Assembly: GCA_963677925.2 (NCBI GenBank)
Contig: CAXXYH010000004.1
Coordinates: 1,472,001 to 1,536,000 of the forward strand
Source: Spirochaetia bacterium
GTDB taxonomy: Bacteria; Spirochaetota; Spirochaetia; UBA9216
Reading direction: 5' to 3'
DNA: 64,000 nt
Positions 37,307 to 45,988 of this stretch are shown here, piece by piece. The translations under genes were made by a program, and so were the position numbers. The first letter of the stretch is position 1; each line of letters starts with the position of its first letter. The notes under the pieces are model-generated. The model had not been told where the DNA came from. It ran no database searches and saw only the letters and a list, made by a program, of their open reading frames with translations.

Positions 37307-38323
37307 CTATTCCGTTGTGAGGCTGAATTTATCCCAGAATCCATTGGATAGAATAGCTACATCATCAGTCTTATCATCAGTAGTTCCTGAATCATAGACT
37401 GAAATTATATCACTAACATCGATATTGAAAGTTATTGTGGTTTCTTCGTCAACTGCTATGCTTTCCATCGGCAGGTATAAGACGGGGGCTGATGCGTTTG
37501 CAATGCCGGGTGAAACATTTCCGTAATCCGACAGAAGTATACTGTCGCCCCAGTCCGGAACAAGAATTTCTGGGGCAGAGCATTGCGAACTAAGCAGATA
37601 ATAACCTATTCGAATGGAGCGCTGTCCATAGGGGACATCGGCTTCATCAACAGGATCAGGCAGGAGTTCATAGAGCATAAACCTGAAAGTATTTCCGCCG
37701 AGATTTTGCCGGAAATATCTACCGGTAGGGTCTCCTGTACTGATATCTGTTTCTTCAATATCCGGCCATTCAGCGACCGTGTAGCCCGGTATTTCTACCG
37801 TGATATATGGTTCCAATGTTAGGTTAAAAGTCTCGGATCCTGTAAAAGTTGATGTTTCCAACACACAGGAATCAATATTCAATACTAACGAATCATAAAC
37901 TCCAATCCAGGTCTCGGCTGTAATCATAAATGGCTCATCAGCTACAAAATCGACATGCATTGAGTCTTCCAGACTCTCTGCATCTGTGTAATTATAGGCT
38001 GACTGAAATGGAATGTCCCATAATTCCTCGCCGTTTCCGGTATCTATCATCCCGGTAAGAAGGGGGAAGCCCAGAGGCAGAGTGAAAGATGTCGGGGTGA
38101 GAACTGAAAGTCTTGTACCAAGGCTGCCGTACACAGCATCAAGTTCGCTGATTGAACTTCTTGATTCTAGAGTTCTCTGAGCAATTCGTCCGGAAGTCTT
38201 TCCGGCGTTCGGCGCTGCATTAAATGTTACATTAGTTAAGCCTGTACCTCCGCATCCTGAGATAATTCCTGCAGTCAGAATTAATAAAAGTAGTTTTGAC
38301 AGATTTTTTGCTAAGTTTTTCAT
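37307..38323 (-). CDS. Hypothetical lipoprotein
   Basis: Basic N-terminus, hydrophobic stretch, lipobox IISG|C; acidic beta-rich body; no family recognised. Confidence 0.75.
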   Translation of the reverse strand: MKNLAKNLSKLLLLILTAGIISGCGGTGLTNVTFNAAPNAGKTSGRIAQRTLESRSSISELDAVYGSLGTRLSVLTPTSFTLPLGFPLLTGMIDTGNGEELWDIPFQSAYNYTDAESLEDSMHVDFVADEPFMITAETWIGVYDSLVLNIDSCVLETSTFTGSETFNLTLEPYITVEIPGYTVAEWPDIEETDISTGDPTGRYFRQNLGGNTFRFMLYELLPDPVDEADVPYGQRSIRIGYYLLSSQCSAPEILVPDWGDSILLSDYGNVSPGIANASAPVLYLPMESIAVDEETTITFNIDVSDIISVYDSGTTDDKTDDVAILSNGFWDKFSLTTE

Positions 38324-38392
38324 ACGATGAATGCCTTTCTCATTAAGATTATGGCCTTCATTTTAACTGAGTGTCTGAATCACATACAAGCA

Positions 38393-38425
38393 AAAAAATC
38401 TGCCTGCTGAAAAATTGGCGGTTAT
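38393..38425 (+). repeat. 33-bp direct repeat, copy 1 (includes the kinase stop codon)
   Basis: AAAAAATCTGCCTGCTGAAAAATTGGCGGTTAT; 31/33 identical to 40109-40141. Confidence 0.9.
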
Positions 38426-40059
38426 GAGACTGAAATTCTATCTACACCTCTGATTTCAGGAAAACTAATTGACCAATTCACTCCGTTATCGGTTTTAACT
38501 TTTACGGTTCCGTTCAGCTGGTGCTCGCCGATGTTAAAGATTGTAAATATACCGAAATCATTCTTTTTATTGAGATCAACTGATGAGGGAAATCCAACTC
38601 CGTCATCATTGATTTCCAGATGAATCAGTTTTTCAGGTGTAAAGTTCAGTGATACTGATAAAATCCCCGATCTTTTACCGGGGAATGCGTGAACAAAGGA
38701 GTTTGATATAATTTCCTGAAGCAGCAGCCCGCAGGGAATGGCTGTGTCCAGAGTTACATTAACTTCTTCCAGGTTAAAATGATATTTGATACGGCTGCTA
38801 TCCAGTTCCAGATTTCCAGCAAGAAGCAATACAAGATCCCTTATATACTCAGCAAGGTTGATATTGATCAAATCGCCCGATTCATAGAGTTTTTCATGAA
38901 CCAGGGCCATGCTGTGGATACGGTTCTGTGTTCCGACGAGGACACTCTGGAGTTTTGCATCCTGAAAAAAGGAATTCTGAATTCCAAGCAGGGCTATGAT
39001 CAGCTGCATGTTGTTCTTTGTCCGGTGATAAAGCTCCTGTATTAGAAGTGTTTTTTCCTGCAGTGCTCTCTCAAGGTGCTGTTCAAATAACTTTCTGTCA
39101 CTTACATCATTATATACGATGGCAACTCCATGATCCGGAAGAGGTACAGGTGCCGCTGTGACATTCAGCCAGGTGATTGCCCCCTCTGAACTGATGAATC
39201 CGATTTCCGAATTTTCAACCTTTCTGCTCTCCCGAAGTGCTATTACTCCAGGATATGCTGAAGATTCCAGTTCATTTCCACTGGAATCTACAATATTCCA
39301 TTGATTTCCGTTAAGCATTCGGCTGGTATGTTCCTTGTGGGGAAGTTTTAAAATCTTTTCAGCTATATCATTTGTTTCAATTATTTTTCCTTCATTATCA
39401 GTAATTGTTATGCCAAGAGGAAAAGATTCAAACAGCACACGGTATTTTTTTTCACTGATTACCAGAGCCTGTCTGGTTTTCAGGCTGGATTCCTCTCGCC
39501 GCAGCATAAGCCCGCCCAGAAAAATGCCGATAAATATTGCAGTTCCGTAAGGTAGGCCCATGCTGAGCATTAAATTCAAGCCGGTTTTCAGATCTCCCAC
39601 AAAAAGAAATCCGGGTAAAATGATAATCACTGTAAAAAGGCTTTGAAATACGGCAGAAGATACTCTGGTAAAGCTTTTTCTTTGGAAATAAAGTATGCTT
39701 CCGGCTGAGGCTGCAAGATTAACACCTACAATTCCTGCCAATACGCCGCTTCCACCAAGATAATATCTGTATGCGCCTGCAAATGCTGCACTTATAAAAC
39801 CTGCCAGCGGACCTCCGAATGCTGAGCTTAATGCTATTACGGCATTCCGCTGATCAACGATTACTCCTTCAAAAACAGGAATTTTTGCGTACATACTTAT
39901 GATCGCAAAAACACCGAAAGCTACACCTGTAACTGTCTGCTGTTTTAGTCTGCTTAGTTTCTCACTGAGATTATATAGATATCTGTAGATATAAATTAAA
40001 GCAATGAAAACTGCCAGATTGTTAAATAATGCAAGGAACAGTAATCTTCCGCCTATCAT
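38422..40059 (-). CDS. Orphan sensor histidine kinase: 5TM-5TMR_LYT + PAS + HisKA_2 + HATPase
   Basis: EGVIVDQRNA, FGGP, YRYYLGGSG; LFESFPLGI; ELYHRTKNNMQ, MALVHEKLY, EIISNSFVHAF, DDGVG. Confidence 0.92.
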   Translation of the reverse strand: MIGGRLLFLALFNNLAVFIALIYIYRYLYNLSEKLSRLKQQTVTGVAFGVFAIISMYAKIPVFEGVIVDQRNAVIALSSAFGGPLAGFISAAFAGAYRYYLGGSGVLAGIVGVNLAASAGSILYFQRKSFTRVSSAVFQSLFTVIIILPGFLFVGDLKTGLNLMLSMGLPYGTAIFIGIFLGGLMLRREESSLKTRQALVISEKKYRVLFESFPLGITITDNEGKIIETNDIAEKILKLPHKEHTSRMLNGNQWNIVDSSGNELESSAYPGVIALRESRKVENSEIGFISSEGAITWLNVTAAPVPLPDHGVAIVYNDVSDRKLFEQHLERALQEKTLLIQELYHRTKNNMQLIIALLGIQNSFFQDAKLQSVLVGTQNRIHSMALVHEKLYESGDLININLAEYIRDLVLLLAGNLELDSSRIKYHFNLEEVNVTLDTAIPCGLLLQEIISNSFVHAFPGKRSGILSVSLNFTPEKLIHLEINDDGVGFPSSVDLNKKNDFGIFTIFNIGEHQLNGTVKVKTDNGVNWSISFPEIRGVDRISVS

Positions 40060-40065
40060 TCTAGT

Positions 40066-40094
40066 ATTTTAGGTCTGGCGGTGGGTAATGTCAA
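40066..40094 (-). promoter_or_regulatory. Near-consensus leaderless sigma70 promoter of the kinase gene
   Basis: TTGACA-N17-TAAAAT, 6 nt before ATG 40059. Confidence 0.7.
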
Positions 40095-40108
40095 ACTATT
40101 ATGTTTTC

Positions 40109-40141
40109 AAAAAATCTACCCGCTGAAAAATTGGCGGTTAT
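40109..40141 (+). repeat. 33-bp direct repeat, copy 2 (includes the ubiX stop codon)
   Basis: AAAAAATCTACCCGCTGAAAAATTGGCGGTTAT. Confidence 0.9.
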
Positions 40142-40743
40142 TCCCCCCAGCGTTTACTCAGGCTGTTATAAATGCCTAGGTGATCCAGGATTCTTGCTGT
40201 TACAAAATTGACTGCATCTATGAGGGTGCGGGGCTGGGTGTAGAATCCTGGGGACGCAGGCAGTATGGTTGCACCCGCCTCATCGAGTGCGAGCATATTT
40301 TTCAGATGAATGCGATTGTAGGGTGTTTCTCTCGGTACGGTGATGAGCTGCCGCTTTTCCTTCAGGCAGACATCTGCTGCCCTGCCTATTAGGCTCTGAA
40401 GAGTTCCGTTGGCAACCGACCCTAGTGAGGACATACTGCATGGAACTATCACCATTGATTCTATTCCAAATGATCCGCTTGCAGGGCCGGCGAAGAGGTT
40501 TTTATTATCGTGTACTGTTATGGCAGGAGTGTCCTGCGCACTTATTTTTTCAATCCATCCGCTAATATCTGCAGCATCAATATCTGTCTCGAACTTAAAA
40601 ACATCTGCTCCGGTTTCTGAAAAAACAAGGTGGATATCACATCCCGCCTTCCACAGTTCCTCTAAAAGCCTCAGTGCGTATATGGAACCGCTGGCTCCTG
40701 TTACCGCTACTAATATTTTCCTGTTCCTGTTTACATCGCTCAT
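40138..40743 (-). CDS. ubiX: Flavin prenyltransferase UbiX
   Basis: VAVTGASGSIY, ASGS, PCSM, RAADVCLKE, PRETP, PASPGFY. Confidence 0.96.
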   Translation of the reverse strand: MSDVNRNRKILVAVTGASGSIYALRLLEELWKAGCDIHLVFSETGADVFKFETDIDAADISGWIEKISAQDTPAITVHDNKNLFAGPASGSFGIESMVIVPCSMSSLGSVANGTLQSLIGRAADVCLKEKRQLITVPRETPYNRIHLKNMLALDEAGATILPASPGFYTQPRTLIDAVNFVTARILDHLGIYNSLSKRWGE

Positions 40744-40805
40744 AGCATAAATATAATATATATATCCAGCTTAAAACCACCCTTTATATTTTCAAGTAAT
40801 CAGGA

Positions 40806-41330
40806 TTAAGCAGCCCGTCTTCTTCCCGGTACAGGCTTTTTCTTTTTTTTCTTTCCCTTTGGATTTCCGTAAACAGCTGTAATAAAGACATCCGCAAAGG
40901 TATTCCTGGGTTTTGAATAAATTTCATCAGTATTCGCAATAATATTTCTGATAATTCCTCTTTTTTTCGGCTTGTTAATAGCCGCATAATCTTTCACAGC
41001 CTCAACAGCATTAACCTCAGGATTATTCAATTTGAGGTTATACCAGTGATCAGAAACGGCAATGTAAAGTTCGCCTGTGCTCATATTATTGAATCTCAAA
41101 TTGAGGTTGCTTATTTCAATACCGAGTTTCAGTGCCTTGTAGATGTTTTCATACCAGGAATATAGTGCCTGGCTGTAAGTAACATACTCTCCCAGCTGTT
41201 CAATCAGAAACTGATGATGAACGTTCACATGTTCTGCTATTGCGTTCCAGTCTTCATTTGAATTAAAGTGCATGCCTTCTTCGGTCAGCATGAATTCCAT
41301 TAGTTTAGCTTTGTTTATTTTCTGAGTCAT
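40806..41330 (-). CDS. Hypothetical protein resembling the DUF4032-type helical domain
   Basis: HVNVHHQFL...ALYSWYENIY...GELYIAVSDHWYNLK; SD GGGAG; basic tail. Confidence 0.6.
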   Translation of the reverse strand: MTQKINKAKLMEFMLTEEGMHFNSNEDWNAIAEHVNVHHQFLIEQLGEYVTYSQALYSWYENIYKALKLGIEISNLNLRFNNMSTGELYIAVSDHWYNLKLNNPEVNAVEAVKDYAAINKPKKRGIIRNIIANTDEIYSKPRNTFADVFITAVYGNPKGKKKKKKPVPGRRRAA

Positions 41331-41459
41331 TTGTATACTCCCTATTAACCGGTCTTAATATATCGATAAAATAATACCTAATAAGAATTATGTCAATACT
41401 ATTTAGATAAAAAAAATATCTTTCTATTGTGAGTATAAAAATTGAGTAGGGGAATGAAC

Positions 41460-41720
41460 TCAGATTCCCATATTGCTCAATAAAGTCGCAATACGGTTTA
41501 GTGCATCCGTGATAACTGGGTGGGTCGCTTCAAAGTATTTAATATTATCCTGTACGGTTGTGCCTATCTCCGCAGAATGCGGAAAATCGGTTTCGATGGA
41601 AGTTTCGATATTTTTCAATAGAGTATTCAGCCGTGACGCAGCTTCGGTATCACTGCTCTGCAGTTTTTCAAGCTCTTCCCTGAGTTCCTCAATGTATTTT
41701 TGAAGTTTATCTCTTTCCAT
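41460..41720 (-). CDS. DUF4404 family protein
   Basis: LREEL...FEATHPVITDALNRIATLLSNMGI C-terminus. Start ATG 41720, 6 nt after TATGAT. Confidence 0.85.
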   Translation of the reverse strand: MERDKLQKYIEELREELEKLQSSDTEAASRLNTLLKNIETSIETDFPHSAEIGTTVQDNIKYFEATHPVITDALNRIATLLSNMGI

Positions 41721-41889
41721 ACTGAGATCATAATGCAGAACACCTGCCGGGAGCAAGAAAAATCATACGAAATAGTATTAAAAATTCAGGTATCCGACAA
41801 TAATGTAGGAATGGTTTAATACTCTTAAAATATATAAATGCTTTCTGTATAACGAAATAGAACTGTATAGCTTCGCTGTTTGTTATGTT

Positions 41890-41905
41890 TGGTATGATTA
41901 TTGCA
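41890..41905 (+). promoter_or_regulatory. sigma54 (-24/-12) promoter of amt-GGDEF
   Basis: TGGTATGATTATTGCA with GG-N10-GC. Confidence 0.75.
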
Positions 41906-41945
41906 TAAAGTTTATGATATATAAAAGTTCAAATGCTTTTTATGG

Positions 41946-43829
41946 ATGATGCGGATGAAGAACATGAGTGATCTTCTCTGGGTTATTATCTCGGCCATGC
42001 TTGTTTTTCTGATGCAGCCGGGCTTTATGGCTCTTGAGACAGGTCTTACAAGGGCAAAGAACTCAATTAATGTTGCAATCAAGAATATGTCTGATTTTCT
42101 TGTTTCTGTTGCAGCTTTCTGGTTTATCGGGTTCGGTCTCATGTTCGGAAAATCCTTTCATGGAATCATAGGCATTAGCGATTTTTTTGTTAACTTTGAA
42201 ATGGATAACTGGAAGGCCGCCTTTTTTGTTTTTCAGGCAGTTTTTGTAGGAACAGCAGCTACGATTGATTCAGGCGCGGTAGCCGAGCGGGCGAAATTCA
42301 GCACATATCTGATGATGTCTTTTCTTACTTCAGCATTTATATATCCGGTTTTCGGTCACTGGGCCTGGGGCAGCGCCTTCTATCCGGATAATCCCGGCTG
42401 GCTTCAGAAGCTCGGATTCCTTGATTTTGCGGGGTCTACTGTTGTCCATTCGATTGGCGGATGGGTAGGACTTGCCGGTATTATCACTATCGGCCCAAGG
42501 ATAGGCCGATTCAGTGAAGACGGGAAGCCCAATAAAATATCCGGGCATAATCTGGTTTTCGCCTACTTCGGAGTCTGTATTCTGTTTTTTGCCTGGTTTG
42601 CCTTTAACGCAGGGAGTACTCTCAGTGCATCGGAGAGTATTGCTAATATTCTGGCCAATACTATTATTTCAGCGTCTTTCGGGGGACTTACAACATTATT
42701 TGTAAGCTGGATGCTCAGTGAAAACCATCTGCCTGAACCGGAACTTATTATCAACGGAATTCTCGGAGGCCTTGTAGGAATAACCGCCGGCTGCAGGTAT
42801 ATGGGCGAACTCAGTTCCATGCTTGTCGGAATTGTATCAGGAATTATAGTTGTTTTCGGAAACCGGCTGCTTGAAAAACTAAAACTTGATGATGCTGTAG
42901 GTGCTGTTCCTGTTCATGGCTTTGCGGGGATGTGGGGAACAATAGCAACCGGACTCTTTATAAAGAACAGTTTTCTTCTGGAATTCGGAATATCAAGGGG
43001 AAATCAGATTTTAATTCAGTTGCTTGGATCTGCCGCTGCTCTTGTATGGGGGCTTGGTGTATCGCTCCTCCTGATGAAAATAATAAACAGATTTTCTCCG
43101 ATGAGGGTATCCCCGGCATTTGAGGAGATAGGCCTGAATATTGCCGAACACGGAGCAAGCTCCAGCATTCTTGAACTGTCCAATTCGGTCAGAAAGATAA
43201 TAGAAAGCAGGAATTTCAGGGAAACCGGAAAGATTCAGGTTGAGTACGGAACAGAGATTGGAGAGCTCACCAATTATTTCAATACGATGATTGATGATCT
43301 GAAGATTAAGGAGGATGCGGCCGAAGAAGCACTTTCATCTCTGCATCAGATGGCAATTACCGACGGATTGACCCAGATATACAACAGAAAATTTATCTCG
43401 GACACCCTGGTCAAGGAGATTGCCAGATCGATCCGCTACGAAAGTAAATTATCAGTATTAATGTTCGATATAGATTTTTTTAAGGATATAAACGATAAAT
43501 ACGGCCATCCGGCCGGAGATAAGGTTCTTATTGAAATTTCTAAAAGAGTTAAGGAGTCACTGCGGGAGTCCGACTATTTCGGCAGGTATGGGGGAGAAGA
43601 ATTTCTGGTGATTTTTCCGGAGACAGATCTCGCAAATGCCTACATTATCTCAAACCGGATAAAAGAGAATATTGAATGCATGTGCTGGGACTTCAACGAG
43701 GTATTCTGTGTCACTGTAAGCGGCGGTGTGGTGGAAAACTTCGGTGAAGATTTTGACCGGATGATTAAGCGGGCAGACAACCTGCTGTACTACGCAAAAG
43801 AAAACGGCCGCAACATGATTATAAAATAA
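41946..43829 (+). CDS. Ammonium transporter fused to a HAMP-like linker and GGDEF diguanylate cyclase
   Basis: MQPGFMALETG, SGAVAER, DFAGSTVVH, FAFNAGS, DDAVGAVPVHG, GLNIAEHG; EIGELTNYFNTM; DGLTQIYNR, DIDFFKDINDKYGHPAGD, RESD, GGEEF. Start among 41946-41964. Confidence 0.95.
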   Translation: MMRMKNMSDLLWVIISAMLVFLMQPGFMALETGLTRAKNSINVAIKNMSDFLVSVAAFWFIGFGLMFGKSFHGIIGISDFFVNFEMDNWKAAFFVFQAVFVGTAATIDSGAVAERAKFSTYLMMSFLTSAFIYPVFGHWAWGSAFYPDNPGWLQKLGFLDFAGSTVVHSIGGWVGLAGIITIGPRIGRFSEDGKPNKISGHNLVFAYFGVCILFFAWFAFNAGSTLSASESIANILANTIISASFGGLTTLFVSWMLSENHLPEPELIINGILGGLVGITAGCRYMGELSSMLVGIVSGIIVVFGNRLLEKLKLDDAVGAVPVHGFAGMWGTIATGLFIKNSFLLEFGISRGNQILIQLLGSAAALVWGLGVSLLLMKIINRFSPMRVSPAFEEIGLNIAEHGASSSILELSNSVRKIIESRNFRETGKIQVEYGTEIGELTNYFNTMIDDLKIKEDAAEEALSSLHQMAITDGLTQIYNRKFISDTLVKEIARSIRYESKLSVLMFDIDFFKDINDKYGHPAGDKVLIEISKRVKESLRESDYFGRYGGEEFLVIFPETDLANAYIISNRIKENIECMCWDFNEVFCVTVSGGVVENFGEDFDRMIKRADNLLYYAKENGRNMIIK

Positions 43830-43831
43830 AT

Positions 43832-44872
43832 TTACACTGATACTGTGTTTAGAAGTTCCCTGCCTGCAGCCTGAAGATAGGTGGCAAGTTCCTGTTTATT
43901 AACAATATAGTAATAGCGCCTGCTGTTCCCCGGTTTTATGCTCAATATTCTTGATGAAACCATTTTATTGAGATGGTAGGACATTGTCGCCGGGGTTATT
44001 CCGAAATGAGTTGCCAGTTCATTGCTGAACCAGGGTCTTATTGAAACGAGTCGTAGAATTTCAAGTCTTTTGCTGTCTCCAAGAACAGAAAACAGTATGT
44101 CTGTTTTTCTGTTGTCGGATTGATTATTCAATATATCCTTTGTTCCCGCTCCGATTATCACCATGGGCATATCTGTCGAAAGATACGAACTTGTATCCAG
44201 AAAGAATGAGAAATAGATATTGTTTAATCCCTGCTCAGTCTCGAAGAAATTGTTGAAGAGATCCCTTGTTGCACCGTTAAGATAAGAGATTTCATCCTGC
44301 TCAAATCTTTCTTTATGCCAAATGAAAAGACTTTTAATCTGCTCACTATTATTAACCTCTGTCTGACTGTAAAAATCGGAATAGAAGATTTTATACAGAT
44401 TTTTCAGGCGTTCGAGAAAGTCTGCGGGAGTAGTGAGGAATGATGAAATGAGTCTGGCAGTTTCCTCAGGTGAGTTTTCTGAAGATGATATCTCTGGCAG
44501 AATTGCCAGAATATTCTCATACGAAACTACCTTGTCCTGTGGAAGATTTAAAATGCTTTTTATCCGGGTCTGTATATACTCTGGTGTGAGGCTGTTCAGA
44601 ATATTCAGGAACCCGGCCGCTGTGCTGCAGCCTTCATTGGATATTACAGTTTCAATAAGAAGCCAGCTTGTCTGAGGTATTTTTTTCACAAGCAATTCAA
44701 TATCACTCTCAAGAAAAGGTGAAATGTTTTTCTCTGTAATATCAATCCATTCCTGTACGGCTTCTATTCCTTTCAAACCGAGGAATGTCTTCTTTTCTGC
44801 TGTTTCGTTCCGGAGTGCATAATGCAGTACAGCGCAAATGAAATCGATTGCCTGGTTATGTATAAATTCCAT
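43832..44872 (-). CDS. Large ArsR-family regulator with C-terminal winged HTH
   Basis: FSVLGDSKRLEILRLV, ELATHFGITPATMSYHLNKM at the C-terminus of a 346-aa protein. Confidence 0.88.
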   Translation of the reverse strand: MEFIHNQAIDFICAVLHYALRNETAEKKTFLGLKGIEAVQEWIDITEKNISPFLESDIELLVKKIPQTSWLLIETVISNEGCSTAAGFLNILNSLTPEYIQTRIKSILNLPQDKVVSYENILAILPEISSSENSPEETARLISSFLTTPADFLERLKNLYKIFYSDFYSQTEVNNSEQIKSLFIWHKERFEQDEISYLNGATRDLFNNFFETEQGLNNIYFSFFLDTSSYLSTDMPMVIIGAGTKDILNNQSDNRKTDILFSVLGDSKRLEILRLVSIRPWFSNELATHFGITPATMSYHLNKMVSSRILSIKPGNSRRYYYIVNKQELATYLQAAGRELLNTVSV

Positions 44873-44891
44873 TTCATGATTTTATCACTAA

Positions 44892-44980
44892 TTAGAAATA
44901 TATCTAATATAAAATTTCGAAAATATTCTAAATTAGTAGATTAATATAAGATATAGATCTAATATTAGAAACATATCTAA
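44892..44980. promoter_or_regulatory. Four copies of a TTAGA-N6-TCTAA operator
   Basis: 44892 TTAGAAATATATCTAA; 44916 TTCGAAAATATTCTAA; 44947 TAAGATATAGATCTAA; 44965 TTAGAAACATATCTAA. Confidence 0.7.
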
Positions 44981-45013
44981 CACTAAGTATGTTTCTGATA
45001 AAAAGGGGTGTTT

Positions 45014-45211
45014 ATGTTTGAGTCTTCACATGAGTCGTATTATATGAGCAGAGCCCGGGGCAGACAGTTGTATCTGGAATATCAACGGGGACGTAATGTA
45101 CCGGGAGAAGTCCTTCTATGGTTAAAAGAAAAGGGCAAGCGCTGTAAAAAGAAGAAAGGTTACACCGATTATCTGATTGATGTTGTATGCGGCGAAGTTG
45201 ATCAGTCGTGA
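45014..45211 (+). CDS. Small hypothetical protein divergent from the ArsR gene; 3' end overlaps ubiA antisense
   Basis: SD AAGGGG before ATG 45014; MFESSHESYYMSRARGRQLYLEYQRG; 90-nt convergent overlap with ubiA. Confidence 0.45.
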   Translation: MFESSHESYYMSRARGRQLYLEYQRGRNVPGEVLLWLKEKGKRCKKKKGYTDYLIDVVCGEVDQS

Positions 45212-45988
45212 ATCTTTTTTTACCCTTTCAGGCAGAATCAGCAGGTGTTCGAAGATAAACAGGGCTGTAATGATTCCGACTCCGGCATAATAGATAATAC
45301 CCAGCCCCTGAAGGTAGCCGGTGACTGCCATAAGCAGTACCGACGCAGCATGCATACCGGCCGCACCGAGTCTTGCCAGTTTTTCTCCGAAGACGGAGGG
45401 TATTGAGTAGAGGCCTTCAGAACGGTCAAAGTCGATATCCTGAATAGCATAAATTACATCAAATCCTGCAACCCAGGCGGCATTGGCCGCAGCCAGAACA
45501 AAGGTCGTAAGTTCAGCTCCTGCGGTTACTCCGACCCATGCACCGAATGCTCCGCCGGCACAGGCCGCACCCAGAATTATATGGCAGAGCCATGTGAAAC
45601 GTTTTGTGTAGGAGTAGAGTATGAATATTCCGGCGGCCAGCGGAAGAAGTACTACACAGAGCCAGTTGAGCATGAACGCCGAAACGGTGAGAAGTATCAT
45701 ACCGGCGACTGCAACAGCGAGGGCATCACGCCGGTGAAGTTTTCCCGACGGCAGGTGACGCCCGGCAGTTCTGGGATTTCTTGCATCGATATTGCGGTCT
45801 ACTATCCGGTTCATGGCATTCGCAGCGTTTCTTCCGCCGGTAAATGCCAGCACTATCCAGATGAACGTTTTCCATCCGGGGAAGCCATGTGCAGCCATGA
45901 GCATTGCAGCAAGTGTTACCGGAAGCGAAAAAAGCGTATGCGAAAACATCACCATTTCCGCATACAGCTTCAGTTTCTTAAAGGCCAT
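45122..45988 (-). CDS. ubiA: UbiA-family prenyltransferase (futalosine-route MqnP-like)
   Basis: FSHTLFSLP, NRIVDRNIDARNPRTAGRHLPSG, YSYTKRFTWLCH, GFDVIYAIQDIDFD, GLYSIP. Start ATG 45988 overlaps the ubiD stop. Confidence 0.93.
   Translation of the reverse strand: MAFKKLKLYAEMVMFSHTLFSLPVTLAAMLMAAHGFPGWKTFIWIVLAFTGGRNAANAMNRIVDRNIDARNPRTAGRHLPSGKLHRRDALAVAVAGMILLTVSAFMLNWLCVVLLPLAAGIFILYSYTKRFTWLCHIILGAACAGGAFGAWVGVTAGAELTTFVLAAANAAWVAGFDVIYAIQDIDFDRSEGLYSIPSVFGEKLARLGAAGMHAASVLLMAVTGYLQGLGIIYYAGVGIITALFIFEHLLILPERVKKDSRLINFAAYNINQIIGVTFLLFTALALFF

Noticed and set aside
38393-40141. Direct repeats considered as integron attC sites (TAAC at the stop codons)
   Set aside because: No extended palindrome, no matching GTTRRRY box at a proper distance, and no integrase in the window.
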